64,000 nucleotides of DNA from an uncultured Thermoplasmata archaeon (GTDB taxonomy: Archaea; Thermoplasmatota; Thermoplasmata; Lutacidiplasmatales; UBA184), in NCBI GenBank assembly GCA_963715645.1, contig OY970259.1, forward strand, positions 1,272,545 to 1,336,544, given 5' to 3'. Position 1 is the stretch's first letter, and each line of letters opens with the position of its first letter. A model generated the notes under the pieces. The model searched no databases. It had not been told where the DNA came from and was given only the letters and a program-made list of their open reading frames with translations. Of this stretch, positions 44,671 to 56,119 are shown piece after piece. The position numbers were made by a program, and so were the translations under genes.

Positions 44671-46656
44671 CGTAATCCACCTCCTCTTCCCCCGGTCCCG
44701 AGGCTCCGTTCTCGGCGGCCGCGGCCTCCGCGGCCTCGACGATGGTGCGGGGCAACCGCACGTCCCAATCGCCGGGCAACGGGTCGGCTCCGAGGAGGTG
44801 CGCCTCGTCGATCCCCGCGACGTACCAGTCGAGGTCCGAGGCCTCGAGGTCGGTCTTCGGGGGGAATCGGAGCTCGAGCTGGGTCCGGCCGCTCGGGGCG
44901 AGCTTCGGCAGCGTCCACCATACGCGACCGAGTCCCGCGTCGGTCCCGTCCGGCGCCGGGTCGAACGTGGCCCCTCCCATCACCTCGGGCGGGATCTCGG
45001 CGAACAGCTCGAGGACGCGAGCGCGGGGCGTGTAATTGACGATCTGGACGGGGACCCGGACCCCCTTCGCGTCGGAGACCGGGGTCGCGTCCAGGTGGAC
45101 CACGTCCATGATGCGGGTCATCACAGGCGTCAGGTCCGGGATGGGTTTGCCCGTAAGATGGCTGGTCTTCTCGGCGAGCTTCGGTAGGATCTTCAGGATG
45201 ATCTCGAACTTGGCCCCGGCGAGGTCGCGGCGGGTGCGGCGGGAGAGGTGGGTCCGGAGGTGGCGAGCGGCTACCTGGAGCGCCAGCGTAAGCTCCTGGT
45301 CGATCTCCGGGTCTTCGGCGATCGCCTCCTTCGCCTCGCTGGTGAACGGGATCTTGGTCGAGGCGACGTGCACGAGGACAAGGGCGGGGCCGCTCGGGAT
45401 CCCCGAACCCCCCTTCTGGTCGAGGCCGTAGCGTCGCCAGTCGAGGTTCGAGACCGCGTTCGTGATCGCGCACGCTCCCTGCTGAAAGAGGAGCGGGACC
45501 CGGTTCGCGAACCGCAGGATCTGGACCGATTGGTCGGCAGGAAGCCCTCCTCCGTAGACGATGCCGACTTCGACCATGAACGGGAAGCCGGCGCGCACCT
45601 TCGGGGCCCGGCTGACCGGGGGTGCGAAGAAGTCCGGCCGGATCTCGCCGAGGACGTTCCGAAGGCCCCGTTTGATCAGCAGCGCCCCGATGGGGGACAG
45701 GCAGTCCGCCGACGGGGAGATGAGCGGGCACGTCGTGGAGGGCTTTGAGGAGCCTCTCCTGGTCCTCCCCCTGGACCGACGCGGGGGATTGTCCGGGCTT
45801 GAGGGTGGCCTGGGCGAGGACGTCCCGGGCCGCCCGCACCGAGACTCCCTGAAGGTCCTTCGTCAGGAACTCGTTCGAGCGTGGCGCGCTTCGTGCCTTT
45901 GAGGAAGTAGCCGAGCTCGCCGAGCTCGAGCCCGTACGGGTGCGGAAGCGTCTCCTTCGCAGGAGGAGGAAGCTCGCTCGTCGCGCGCTCGAAGGTGACG
46001 CGGGTGCCGTCGGGTTCGACCAGGACGATCCGGGCGTGCGGGTTGACGATCGCCGTGCCCCGCAGGTACTCGAACGGGGACTGGCGGCCCCGGACGTAGC
46101 GCGCCTTGCAGGACCAGCTCGATCCGCGTGCCGTGGGGCCGGTCCCACAGCATCACGTCCTCGGAGGCGATCCGGGGCTGGTTCTTCTGCGTGTCGAGGA
46201 AGAGCTCGAGGACGTGGGCCGCCTCCTCCTCCTCGACCTTCGAGATGATCCGCGCGGGCCGGGCGGTCGTGAGGTTGGCGTAGAGGACGGCCGCGCTAGA
46301 TCCCGATCCCCTGCTGGCCCCGCGCCTGACGGTTGGAGTGGAAGCGGGAGCCGTAGAGGAGCCGAGCGAAGACGTTCGGGATCTCCGCGGCGCAGGATCC
46401 CCGGTCCGTTGTCCTCGACCGCGACCCGCAGCCGGTCCTCCGCCTCCTTTGAGATCTCGACCAGGACCTCCGGGAGGATGCTCGCCTCCTCGCAGCCGTC
46501 GAGGCTGTTGTCGACGGCCTCCTTGACCGTGGTCAGGAGCGAGCGCTGGGGATTGTCGAACCCGAGGATCTGGCGGTTCCGCTCGAAGAACTCCGCGACG
46601 GAGATCTCACGCTGCTTGGCCGCGAGCTGCTGGGCGATGGTGAGGGGAGGCACCAC
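44630..46656 (-). pseudogene. top6B: DNA topoisomerase VI subunit B (GHKL ATPase), at least 5 frame breaks
   Basis: ..[50 protein letters not shown].., ..EFLTKDLQGVSVRAARDVL.., ..FMVEVGIVYGG..ILRFANRVPLLFQQGACAIT..HVASTKIPFTSEAKEAI... Acidic C-terminal tail. Overlaps the top6A start by 41 nt. Confidence 0.9.
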
Positions 46657-46679
46657 GGTCGGACGGGCCCCGCGTCCCT

Positions 46680-46686
46680 CTATAAG
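46680..46686 (-). promoter_or_regulatory. TATA box 27-30 nt upstream of the top6B GTG (leaderless-type spacing)
   Basis: Minus strand reads CCCTTATAGAGG. GTG candidates at 46656 and 46653. Confidence 0.45.
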
Positions 46687-46711
46687 GGCCGCGTTCGAGC
46701 AGAACGCTGGG

Positions 46712-47529
46712 CTACGCGCGGGGAGGTTCCCCCGGCCGGCTCGTCACGTCGCGCAGCACGGGACGGAATGGGCGCCAGCGGGCCGGCTCGTCGAGGTCGA
46801 GCTCGGCCCTCCACAGCTTCTCCTCGGGGGCGAGCGACGGGTCGTTCACGGGGTGGGTGGCGACCGGCTCTCCGCGGGGATCCCACGCGCCGGACCCTCC
46901 TCCGAAGACGATCCCGTCCTCGACCCCGACCCGGTTCACGTAGACGACCGGCAGGCCGTTCTCGACCGCCCGGGCGGGAAGCAGCTTCTCGAAGAGGGGC
47001 CCGCTCGTCACGGGGGAGGCCGAGACGATGACCAGGAGGTCGGCCCCGGCCAGGGCGAGCGCTCGGGAGACCTCGGGGAAGAACGTGTCGTAACAGATCG
47101 AGAGTCCGAGGTGGTGCTCGCCGAACGGGACCGGGCGGCTCTGGTCGGTCGGGGAGAACGGGACGCCCTCCTCGAACGGGCCGAAGGTAGGGAGGTACCG
47201 CTTGACCTGGACTCCGACCGGTCCGCCCGGTGCGAAGACCAGGACGACGTTCTGGAGCTCTCCCTTCCGTTCGGCAGAGACGAGAGGGCTCCGACCACGA
47301 TCGTCGTCCCGCTCGCGCGGGCTACCCCTACGAGCTCGGTCCAGGCCGGGTCGCCCGGGCGAAGGGCTAGGTGGTGGAAGCGGTCCCCGACGCGGTAGCC
47401 CGAGAGGAACAGCTCGGGGAACACCGCCAGGTCGCTCGGAGTGGCGCGCACGACGCGGTCGATGCGGGCCATGTTCTCGTGCGGCTCGCCGGGCCGGGGA
47501 GCGAGCTGGCCGAGGAGCAGCCGCGTCAA
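46712..47529 (-). pseudogene. carbon-nitrogen hydrolase (nitrilase superfamily), one frame break near 47285
   Basis: Catalytic Glu context ..[12 protein letters not shown].., Lys ..VQVKRYLP.., Cys ..[14 protein letters not shown]... The TTG start overlaps the upstream stop (TTGA). Confidence 0.85.
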
Positions 47530-47977
47530 TAGAAGTACCGGCGCACGGCCAGCAGGTAGACGAACAGGAGGACCAGCAGGACGAAGAGCACCGTGATCGA
47601 GCCGGTGAAGAACAGGTAGACCGTGGTCGCGAAGACGAGCGACGATCGTCACCCAGAGGGCCCAGGTCTCCTGCCGCCAGAGGGCCGTCGCGATGGCGAG
47701 CAACGAGATCCCGAGGCCCAGGAGGACCCCCGCGCCGAGGTAGTCCACCGACGGGAACAGGTCGAACACCGAGGGCACGGCATTGCTCCCGAACTGGTCG
47801 AGGAGGAAGAGCATGCCCCCCAGGATCATGACCACGGCGAGGAGCGCGATGAGGATGGAGACCAGCGCCACCCCGATCGGGCAGCCGGGGCACGACCGGG
47901 CTCGGCTCCCACGCAGGGGGCAGGCTCTCGAAGGTGACGGGGGAGTCCCCCGGAGCGGCCGTCGACGTGCTTCCCAT
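47526..47977 (-). pseudogene. small hypothetical membrane protein (about 150 aa), frame breaks
   Basis: [26 protein letters not shown].. then TM helices ..[24 protein letters not shown].., ..[20 protein letters not shown].., ..[32 protein letters not shown]. Confidence 0.5.
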
Positions 47978-48039
47978 GGTCTCCTCGAGTGGGCGAGAAG
48001 TCCGGCGGGGAAGATGTAGCTTTCTGTGGAGCGGAGGTC

Positions 48040-49128
48040 CTAGAACCGACGATCCGCCACGCCGCGCGCCAGTTGCTCGAGCAGCAGGCGGTACGGCCCG
48101 GTGGGGATCCGCTTCGAGGCAGCGGATCCCGCGCTCCGCCCACTCGGTGGCCTCCCGGGCGACGACCTGGGAGGCGTCGGTCATCTGCGTCAGGTCGCGC
48201 AGCCTGAGGAGGTGCTTGGCCCGCTTGCGGCGAAGCTGGAAGAGACGCTCGAACTCGGCCTGGTGATGAGGGTCGAGGCGCGAGTACGCCTCCGAGGAGA
48301 GGAGCGTCGGGTTCCCCTCCCGGAGGTCCGCGTAGAGGGGCTTCCCGAGCAGGTCCGGGTCCCCGTAGACGTCCAGGAGGTCGTCCCGGATCTGGAAGGC
48401 GATCCCGAGCGCCCGTCCGTAGCCCTGGAACGCGTCGACCTCGCCGGGGGGGCGCCGGCGATCTCGGCGACTGAGGCGAGGGCGGCAGCGATGATCGCCG
48501 CGGTCTTCCGCTCGATCACGCGGAAGTAGTGCTCCCGGCCGCTCGAGAGGTCGAACCGGGACGCCTCCTGGAGCACCTCGCCCTCGACGAGGTCGGCGCA
48601 CGATTCGCCGCAGCGCAGGATGATCGACGCGCGGGTACTCTGCCGCGAGCTCGAACGCTCGGACGAAGAGGTAGTCGCCCGAGACGATCGCGAGCGGCAC
48701 TCCGAACGCCCGGGGCATCGACGGCCGCCCCCGGCGCGTCTCGGCGTGGTCGATGACGTCGTCGTGGACGAGGGTCGCCGTGTGGATCGAGCTGGAAGGC
48801 GGCGGCGAGCGACCGGATCGGCGCGGTCGACTCGGCGCCGAGCGCGCGGTACGCCGCGGCCATGAGGAGCGGCCGGACCCGCTTGCCGCCGGTCGAGCAC
48901 GGCGTAGCGCGCCGCCTCGGTGAGCTGCGCGTAGGTCGAGCCCAGGACCTCGGCGACGCGCCAGTCGATGTCGGCGAGGTCGCGGACCAGCACCGGGAGC
49001 GAGCTCGGTGAGCTGGCCCGCCGCCGCCTCGGCCGAGCGTCTGGGTGACCAGCGCCTCGAGGGAGGGGTCGAGCCGGCCGGAGACGGCGTGGGGCGGTCA
49101 CGAGTTCCTCGCGAGCCGGGCCGGCCAC
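48040..49128 (-). pseudogene. idsA: polyprenyl diphosphate synthase (GGPP-synthase-like, trans-IPPS), at least 5 frame breaks
   Basis: ..[18 protein letters not shown].., first Asp-rich motif ..[21 protein letters not shown].., ..[10 protein letters not shown].., second motif ..[31 protein letters not shown]... Confidence 0.85.
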
Positions 49129-49138
49129 CGCAGTCGCA

Positions 49139-50209
49139 TCATCGAATCAAGACCCGAGCCCCGATATAGCGCATTCCCAGCGCCAGGAGCGGGTCGTACG
49201 GCCGCGTAGCGGTCCCCCGAACGCTGGATCCGGGCCGCTCGGTCGAGGGGCCGAAGAGGGCCGCCCTCCACGCGGCGTCGTACTCCGTCAGAGCGGAGTC
49301 CCCGTCACCGGACGTGGCGCGCCGCGGCGCGCCCGGCGAGCCAGCCGCTCAGCATCGCCGTCGGGATGCCGCCGCCGTTCGTCGCCATCACGAGGTTCGC
49401 CGCGTCCCCGCAGAGGAGGGCCGAGCCGCGCACGAGGCTCTCGGGGGGCGGGCCGATCGGCACCCACCACCGGGTCGGGTCGCGCGCGGGCCCGAACCCG
49501 TGGTGGGCGCAGGAATCGGTCGAGCAGGCCGTCGAGGGTAGCGTCGCGGGGAGAGGCGGGCGACCCCGAGTCCCACGTTGAGCGTCGGCCGCCCGCGGGA
49601 ACGCCCACGCGTAGCCCCCGGGCGCGTCGCGGCCGAAGTAGAGGTCGATCTCGTCCGTCGAGGGGGCCGTCGACCGTCGCCGTGATCATCCGGAACAACG
49701 TGCGCGGGGGACGGAAGCCGACCGAGCGGGCCACCGTCGAGAGCGGCCCGTCGGCGCCGACGACGACCTGGGCCTCGAGCGACGTCCCCGCCGGTCGTCC
49801 GAACCGAGTCGCCCCGCGACGCCGGTCACCCCGAGCGGGAACCGCAGCTCGGCCCCCGCGCCCTCCGCCCGGAAGGCGAGCGCCTTGTCGAACGCCCGGC
49901 GGGAGACGCGTCGCGCCGGAGAGCGGGAACCGGAACCGGTGGCCGTACGGGGAGACGCACGTCATCCAGTGCGTCTCGCGAAGCACGGTCTCCGAGGGGA
50001 CCTCGAAGGCCGCGTCGACCAGCTCCGGGCAGTGGAACAGGTCGACCAGCTCGGCGGCCGACGGGACGAACTCCCCGCACTGGACCGGATGGCCCGAGCT
50101 CGGGTCGATGGTCGAGGAGCAGGGTCCGGGCCCCCCCCTCGGCCGCCGCGCGGGCCGCGAGCGAACCGGCGGGACCGGCTCCGACCACCACGACGTCGAA
50201 CCGCTCCAC
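49139..50209 (-). pseudogene. geranylgeranyl-reductase-family FAD-dependent prenyl reductase, at least 6 frame breaks
   Basis: GTG 4 nt after the nuoN stop. MERFDVVVVGAGPAGSLAARAAAEGGARTLLLD.., ..HPVQCGEFVP.., ..VVGADGPLSTVAR.., ..GGYAWAFP (frame-corrected).., ..LLCGDAANLVMATNGGGIPTAMLSG... Confidence 0.8.
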
Positions 50210-50213
50210 GGCC

Positions 50214-51812
50214 TCATGCCCCGACGGCGAGGAAGTGCTGGGCGGCGCTCTGGATGGCGCCGAGGACCGGCTGGGGATAGAGCCCGATCCCGACGATCAG
50301 CGACGGCGATGAGGCCGATCGGCGACAGCCCGCCCGTAGCCGAGGCCGCCCGCCCGGAGGGGCTCTCGACCGGGGTCGCCGGCCGCCCCCGCGGCCACGC
50401 GCCAGGTAGCTCGCCCGGTCGAAGAACATCACCTTCAGGACCCGCGCGTAGTAGAAGACCGAGAGCGCGCTGTTGAGCAGGCCCGCGACCGCGAGCCAGA
50501 CGAACCAGCTCTGGGCCTGCACCGCGGACGAGAAGAGGACGAACTTCGAGACGAACCCGACCGTGAGCGGCACCCCGGCGAGCGAGAGCAGCATGAGAGC
50601 GAACGCGACCCCGAGCAGCGGACGTCGGCACGCCGAGCCCCTTCCAGTCGTCGATGAGCGGCCCGACCCCGAGCGCGCCGACCCCGGCGACGACCAGGAA
50701 GGCCCCGCCCTTCATGAGAACGTGCGCGAAGATCTGGAGCGTCGCGCCGGTGAGCGCCGGGGCCGTGCCGATCGCGATCCCGATCAGCATGTAGCCGGCC
50801 TGGCTGATCGAAGAGTAGGCGAGCATCCGCTTCATCTCCTTCTGCAGCAGCGCGAGCACGTTGCCGACGGTCATCGTGAGGACCGCGAGCACGCCCAGCG
50901 TGATCGAGAGCAGAGGCCCCAGGTCGAGCGGACCCCCGGCGAACGGGGAGTGCCCCGCCCCCGCGGGGTTGATGAAGAGGACCGGGCCGAGGAACACGAG
51001 GAAGAAGGCGAACAGGCCGATCTTCTTCGTCCCACCCGCGAGGAACGCGCTGACGTCGCTGGGGGCGCCGTCGTAGACGTCGACCGCCCACGCGTGGAAC
51101 GGTACCAGGGTGACCTTGAAGGCCAGCCCCGCGATCAGGAAGCCGTAGCCCAAGAGGACCAGGACCGGGGTAGCCGATCGCGCCGGCGGCCGCCTGGATG
51201 AGGAACAGGTTGGTGGTGCCGTAGGCGCCGAACAGGAGCGAGGCGCCGAAGAACGAGAGGACGGTGGAGAGCGCCCCGATGATGAAGAACTTCATCGCCG
51301 CCTCCATCGACCGAGCCTCGCGACGACGGTAGCCGACGAGGAGGTAGGTCGTGATGCTGGTGACCTCGATCGCGAGCAGGAGGAAGATCAGGTCGGAGGC
51401 GACCGCCACCAGGAGCATCCCGAGCGTGGCGAGGAGGAGGAGGCCGTAGAAGATCGGGGCTCCCGGCTCCTGGGACGGTCGGCTCGCTGACGCGAGGGTC
51501 ACGAGGAGGGCCGAGAGGAGGAAGATCGCCTGGAAGAGGAGGCCGAGCGAGGTGACGTGGTAGAGGGGAGCCGCCCCGAGGGCGGGGAGCAGGTCGACCT
51601 GTCCCGCCGGGATCGTGGCGAGCACGGAGAGCGGGGCGAAGCCGAGGTCGCCCAGGACCGAGAGGAGCGCGAGGACGGTCGCCGTTACGGCGACGGTGCT
51701 CGACCACTCGTTGCGACGCACCCCGACCACGTCGAGCAGGAAGATCAGGAGGGTCGCGCCGAGGAGGATCGACCTCGGGGACGAACGGCCCGGCGAAGGA
51801 GGAGAGGTCCAT
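50214..51812 (-). pseudogene. nuoN: NADH-quinone oxidoreductase subunit N, frame breaks
   Basis: ..LLLATLGMLLVAVASDLIFLLLAIEVTSITTYLLVGY..EAAMKFFIIGALST.., ..FKVTLVPFHAWAVDVYDGAPS.., ..MKRMLAYSSISQAGYM.., ..MLLSLAGVPLTVGFVSKF... Confidence 0.88.
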
Positions 51813-53296
51813 CTACCTCACACTCCCGCGAACCCGTGGATCGGCGAGCTCGTGATCAGGTTCACGAGCAGGAACGGGCAGGACGCCGAACAGGATCGAG
51901 GCGGCGACGAGGATCCCCATCCCCACGGTCTCGAACCAGGGGAGCTCGTGCACCTCTACCGGTATCCCTTTCGGGGGTCCGAAGAGCACCCGCTGCATCA
52001 TCCAGATGTAGAAGGCGGCGGTCACGACCAGGATCGCGAGGGGAAGCAGGACCCAGTAGGCGAGACCGTCCCACGTGGCGAGGAGTGCGGTGAACTCCGC
52101 CGGGAAGCTGATCAGCGCAGGGGAGGCCGAGGGAGGCGAGCGACCCGACCATGATCATCGTCGAGAGGGTGGGGGTGGTGGGAGTGATGCCGCCGAGCGA
52201 GGCGATGTCCCGGGTCCCGTAGGTGTGGTGGACGCTCCCCGCCGACATGAACAGCAGCGCGCTCACGATCCCGTGGGCGAACATCAGGAGCACCGCGGCG
52301 AGAAGCCCGAGCGAGGAGCCGAGGGCGATCGCCAGCAGGACGATCCCCATGTGGTTGATCGAGGAGAAGGCGACGAGCCGTTTCAGGTCCCGCTGGGCGA
52401 GCGAGACGATCGACCCCCAGACGATCGAGGCGAACGCGACTACGAAGAGGACCGGTTGGACGCTCGTGGAAGCCGAGCGGCAGCACGAACACCGCCCATC
52501 GGATCAGCCCGTAGCCGCCGAGCTTCAAGAGCAGCCCCGCGAGCAGGACCGAACCCCCGGTCGGCGCCTCGACGTGGGCGTCCGGCAACCACGTGTGGAA
52601 CGGGACGACCGGGAACTTGACGCCGAACCCGAAGAAGAGCGGCGAGGAAGAGGAACGCCTGCGCGACGACCCCGAGCGTAGCGGGCGGCGGCGTAGACCG
52701 CCGAATAGTCGAAGCTACGTCGCCCCCGAGTAGAAGACGAGGGCGAGGAGGCCCACCAGCATCACGATCGACGCGACGTGCGTGTAGACGAAGAACTTCA
52801 GCGCGGCGTACCGTCGGCGGGGTCCGCCCCAGTAGCCGATGATGAAGAACATCGGGACGAGGACCGCCTCCCAGAACAGGAAGAAGAGCAGGACGTCGAG
52901 CGCGACGAAGACCCCGACGCAGCCGAGGCAGGTCAGCAGGAGGAGGCCGAACCAGGCCGCCGGCTTCTTGCTCTCCGCCCACGAGTAGATGACCGTGGCG
53001 ACCTGCAGGATCGCGGTCAGGAGGATCAGGACCAGGGAGATCCCGTCGACCCCGACCGTAAAGTTGACCTGCAGCCAGCCGAGGTGGATCCACGCGTACG
53101 ATTCCGAGTCCGCGAACTGGGGGATCCCCGCGCTGAAGCCGGGCCATCCGGGGAAGTTGAGCAGCAGGAGTCCCACCTCCACGAGGAAGGCCGCGGAGGT
53201 CGCGAGCGCGGTCCAGCGGGCCCTCTTTCCTGAGGAGAACGTCAGCACCGTGCCGACGAGCAGGGTCGCGAGGAGGGTCGAGAGCACCGGGATCAT
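51813..53296 (-). pseudogene. nuoM: NADH-quinone oxidoreductase subunit M, frame breaks
   Basis: ..GVDGISLVLILLTAIL.., ..FFLFWEAVLVPMFFIIGYWGG..RRYAALKFFVYT.., ..[36 protein letters not shown].., ..[15 protein letters not shown] (frame-corrected)... Confidence 0.88.
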
Positions 53297-55300
53297 CTAC
53301 GGTGCCTCCGAGACGGGCTACGAGGTAGGGTGCGACGATCAGCAACAGGACGAAGACCCCCAAGAGGCCGGCGATGACGTAGGCCGCGTAGTCGGAGACG
53401 ACCCCGGACTGCATCTTGCGCAGTCGTTCGGAGAGGGAGCCGAAGACCCGCTCGAAGCCGCGGACCGTCCCGTCGATCACGTACCGGTCGACGAAATCGG
53501 CGCCCCGCGCGATCCCGTAGACGGCCCTCTGGCCGATCCAGTCGTAGCCGACCTTCATGTAATAGCGGTTCAGGAGCAGTCGGCGTACGGGCTGCAGCGG
53601 GCTCGTCTCGGGGAGGACGTAGACCCTCCCGTTCCCCCAGAGCTGGTAGGCCAGCGCGATCCCCGCCCCCCCCAGGACGACGCTCCCCGCCGAGAGGAGG
53701 AGGTCGGTCGAACCGAAGACGGGCGGGATCCCCGCGGCCCCGTCCCCGTAGAGCAGGAGGCCCTGGAAGTTCGGCAGGAAGATGAGCAGGCCACCGACGA
53801 CCGCCATCGCGGACAGGAGGAGCATCGGTAACCGCATCACCCACGGGGCCTCGTGGGCGTGGGGAAGGCTCGGGTCCCGCGGACGGTCCCCGGAGAAGGC
53901 CAGGAACCAGACTCGGAAGATGTAGTAGGCCGTGAGGAACACCGCGGCGAACGCGAGCAGGAAGAACGGCCAGTACAGCGGGTGCGCACCGAGCTGGGAG
54001 TAGACCGCGGAGAGGACGTCATCCTTGCGACCAGAAGCCCGCGAACGGAGGGATCCCGGCCAGCGCGAGCCCTCCGATCGCGAACGCAACGGCGGTGACC
54101 CGCATCGGCTTGCGGAGCCCGCCCATCTTGAACAGGTCCTGCGTGCCGATGGCGTGGATGACCGCGCCGGCGGCGAGGAACAGGAGCGCCTTGAAGAAGG
54201 CGTGCGTGAAGAGGTGGAAGAGTCCCACCATCGCGAAGCCGGCGCCCACGGCGAGCACCATGTAGCCCAACTGGCTGATCGTCGAGTAGGCGATCACCCG
54301 CTTGATGTCGGGATGGACCACCGCCATCGTGGCCGCGAAGAACGTCGTGAACCCACCGACCGCAACGATCGCGAGCTGGTCGGTCGCCGGTGAACCCGAT
54401 GAAGACGCTCGTGACGGCGAGCAGGTAGACGCCCGCGGCGACCATCGTCGCGGCGTGGATGAGCGCGGAGACCGTCGTCGGGCCCTCCATCGCGTCGGGG
54501 AGCCAGACGTGGAGCGGGAACTGGGCGCTCTTCCCGGCGGCGCCGCCCAGGATCATGAGGCCGGCGACCGTGAGCAGGGTCGGAGCTCGCCCACGGACGC
54601 CGCGGGCAGGAACGGGGAGGTCCCGTCCGCGAAGACGAACCCGTTGGCGGCCCACCCGCCGCTCGGGCCGGTCGTCGCGTAATGGAAGAAGTAGATGAAG
54701 ATCCCGAGCAGGAAGAGGACATCGCCGATACGGGTGACGAGGAACGCCTCCTTCGCTGCGCTCGCCGCGCTCGGCTTCTCGTAGTAGAAGCCGATCAGGA
54801 AGTACGAGCAGACACCGACGAGCTCCCAGAAGAGGAAGAACTCGAGGAGGTTGTTCGAGAGGACGAGGCCCGTCATCGCCGCAAGGAAGAGGGAGAGCTC
54901 GGCGTAGTACCGCGGCAGGCCTCGGTCGTGGTGCATGTACCCGATCGAGTACAGCATCACGAGGAACCCGACGATCGTGACGACCAGGAGCATCAGGGCC
55001 GAGAGCGGGTCGACCAACGTCCCCACGACCAGGGAGATCCCGTTGGGGAACGCTCCGGGGGTCCCGGCGAGGTGCAGCCAGGTGAACTGGGCGTTGACGT
55101 AGGCCCCCGGGTTAAGCATCTCGCCGACGGCGATCAGCGACGCCGAGGACCATCGCCGCCCCCGCGAGGGCGACCGCGACCCACCCGCCCCACTCGAGCT
55201 TCTTCAGCTTCGTGCCGGCGAGGCCGACGATGGCGAACGCCGCTACCGAGAAGAGGGGAACGAGGAAGGCCCAGTCGTCCAGCGCGGTGAAGGTGGTCGT
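53293..55300 (-). pseudogene. nuoL: NADH-quinone oxidoreductase subunit L, frame breaks; no canonical start codon visible
   Basis: ..[49 protein letters not shown].., ..[32 protein letters not shown].., ..[33 protein letters not shown]... Only ACG/CTG codons lie near the expected start (55298-55312). Confidence 0.88.
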
Positions 55301-55312
55301 CGAGCTCCCCTC

Positions 55313-55634
55313 CTATTCCTTCAGCTCGGTGGCCTGCGCGACGTTGATCGTCCCTTTGAGACGGTTGAGCCCGAGCACGATCGCGAGCCCGACCGCGACC
55401 TCGGTCGCGGCGAAGCCGACCAGCACGACCGCGATCGCCTGGCCGGAGAGCCCTGCGCCCCCGCTCGGGGCGAAGGCCGCGAAGTAGACGAAGTTCAGGA
55501 TCGTCGCGTTCATCGCGATCTCGACGGCGATCAGGATGAGGATGAAGTTGCGCCGGGTAAGGAGGCCAAATACCCCGATCGGCCAGCAGCCCCCCCGAGA
55601 GGACGAGGAACCATGTCAGGGGGAGGGCGGTCAT
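55313..55634 (-). pseudogene. nuoK: NADH-quinone oxidoreductase subunit K, one frame break near 55575 (C7 run)
   Basis: MTALPLTWFLVLSGGLLA.. then ..LIAVEIAMNATILNFV..AVVLVGFAATEVAVGLAIVLG... Confidence 0.88.
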
Positions 55635-56119
55635 TCGCGGCCCTCCCGCACGAGGTAGATCGCGCCCGAGACCCCGCCGAGCATGATGAGGCCGAGGAGG
55701 AGCAGCCAGGGCCCGTACGTGCCGAACAGGGCGGCGGAGAGGGCCGCCGGGTCGTACGACTGCACGCCGATCGCTCCCTGGGGGAACTCGCCGACCGCCA
55801 CCACCAGGAAGATGAACGTCACGGCCGCGAGCGCCAGCGGCACCGGCCCGATCCCGGTGGCGGCCTCCTTGGAGAAGATCCGCTTCCGGGTGACCATGAT
55901 TCCGAAGAGGAGGAGGACCGTGACCGCGCCGGCATACACCCCCAGCTGGAGGACCCCGAGGAACGGAGCCGCGAGCAGGAAGTAGATCGCGGAAAGGTCG
56001 ACGAAGAACACCGACACCCAGATGATGGTGTGGACCAGCTCCCGGACGAGCAGGGCGGCCACCGCGGTCCCGACGGCTACCGCCGCGAGCACGAGGAACG
56101 CGAGTTCCTCGAGGTTCAC
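55631..56119 (-). CDS. nuoJ: NADH-quinone oxidoreductase subunit J
   Basis: Intact. GTG start in a GTGA overlap with the nuoI stop. ..LVHTIIWVSVFFVDLSAIYFLLAAPFLGVLQLGVYAGAVTVLLLFGIMV... Confidence 0.85.
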   Translation of the reverse strand: MNLEELAFLVLAAVAVGTAVAALLVRELVHTIIWVSVFFVDLSAIYFLLAAPFLGVLQLGVYAGAVTVLLLFGIMVTRKRIFSKEAATGIGPVPLALAAVTFIFLVVAVGEFPQGAIGVQSYDPAALSAALFGTYGPWLLLLGLIMLGGVSGAIYLVREGRE

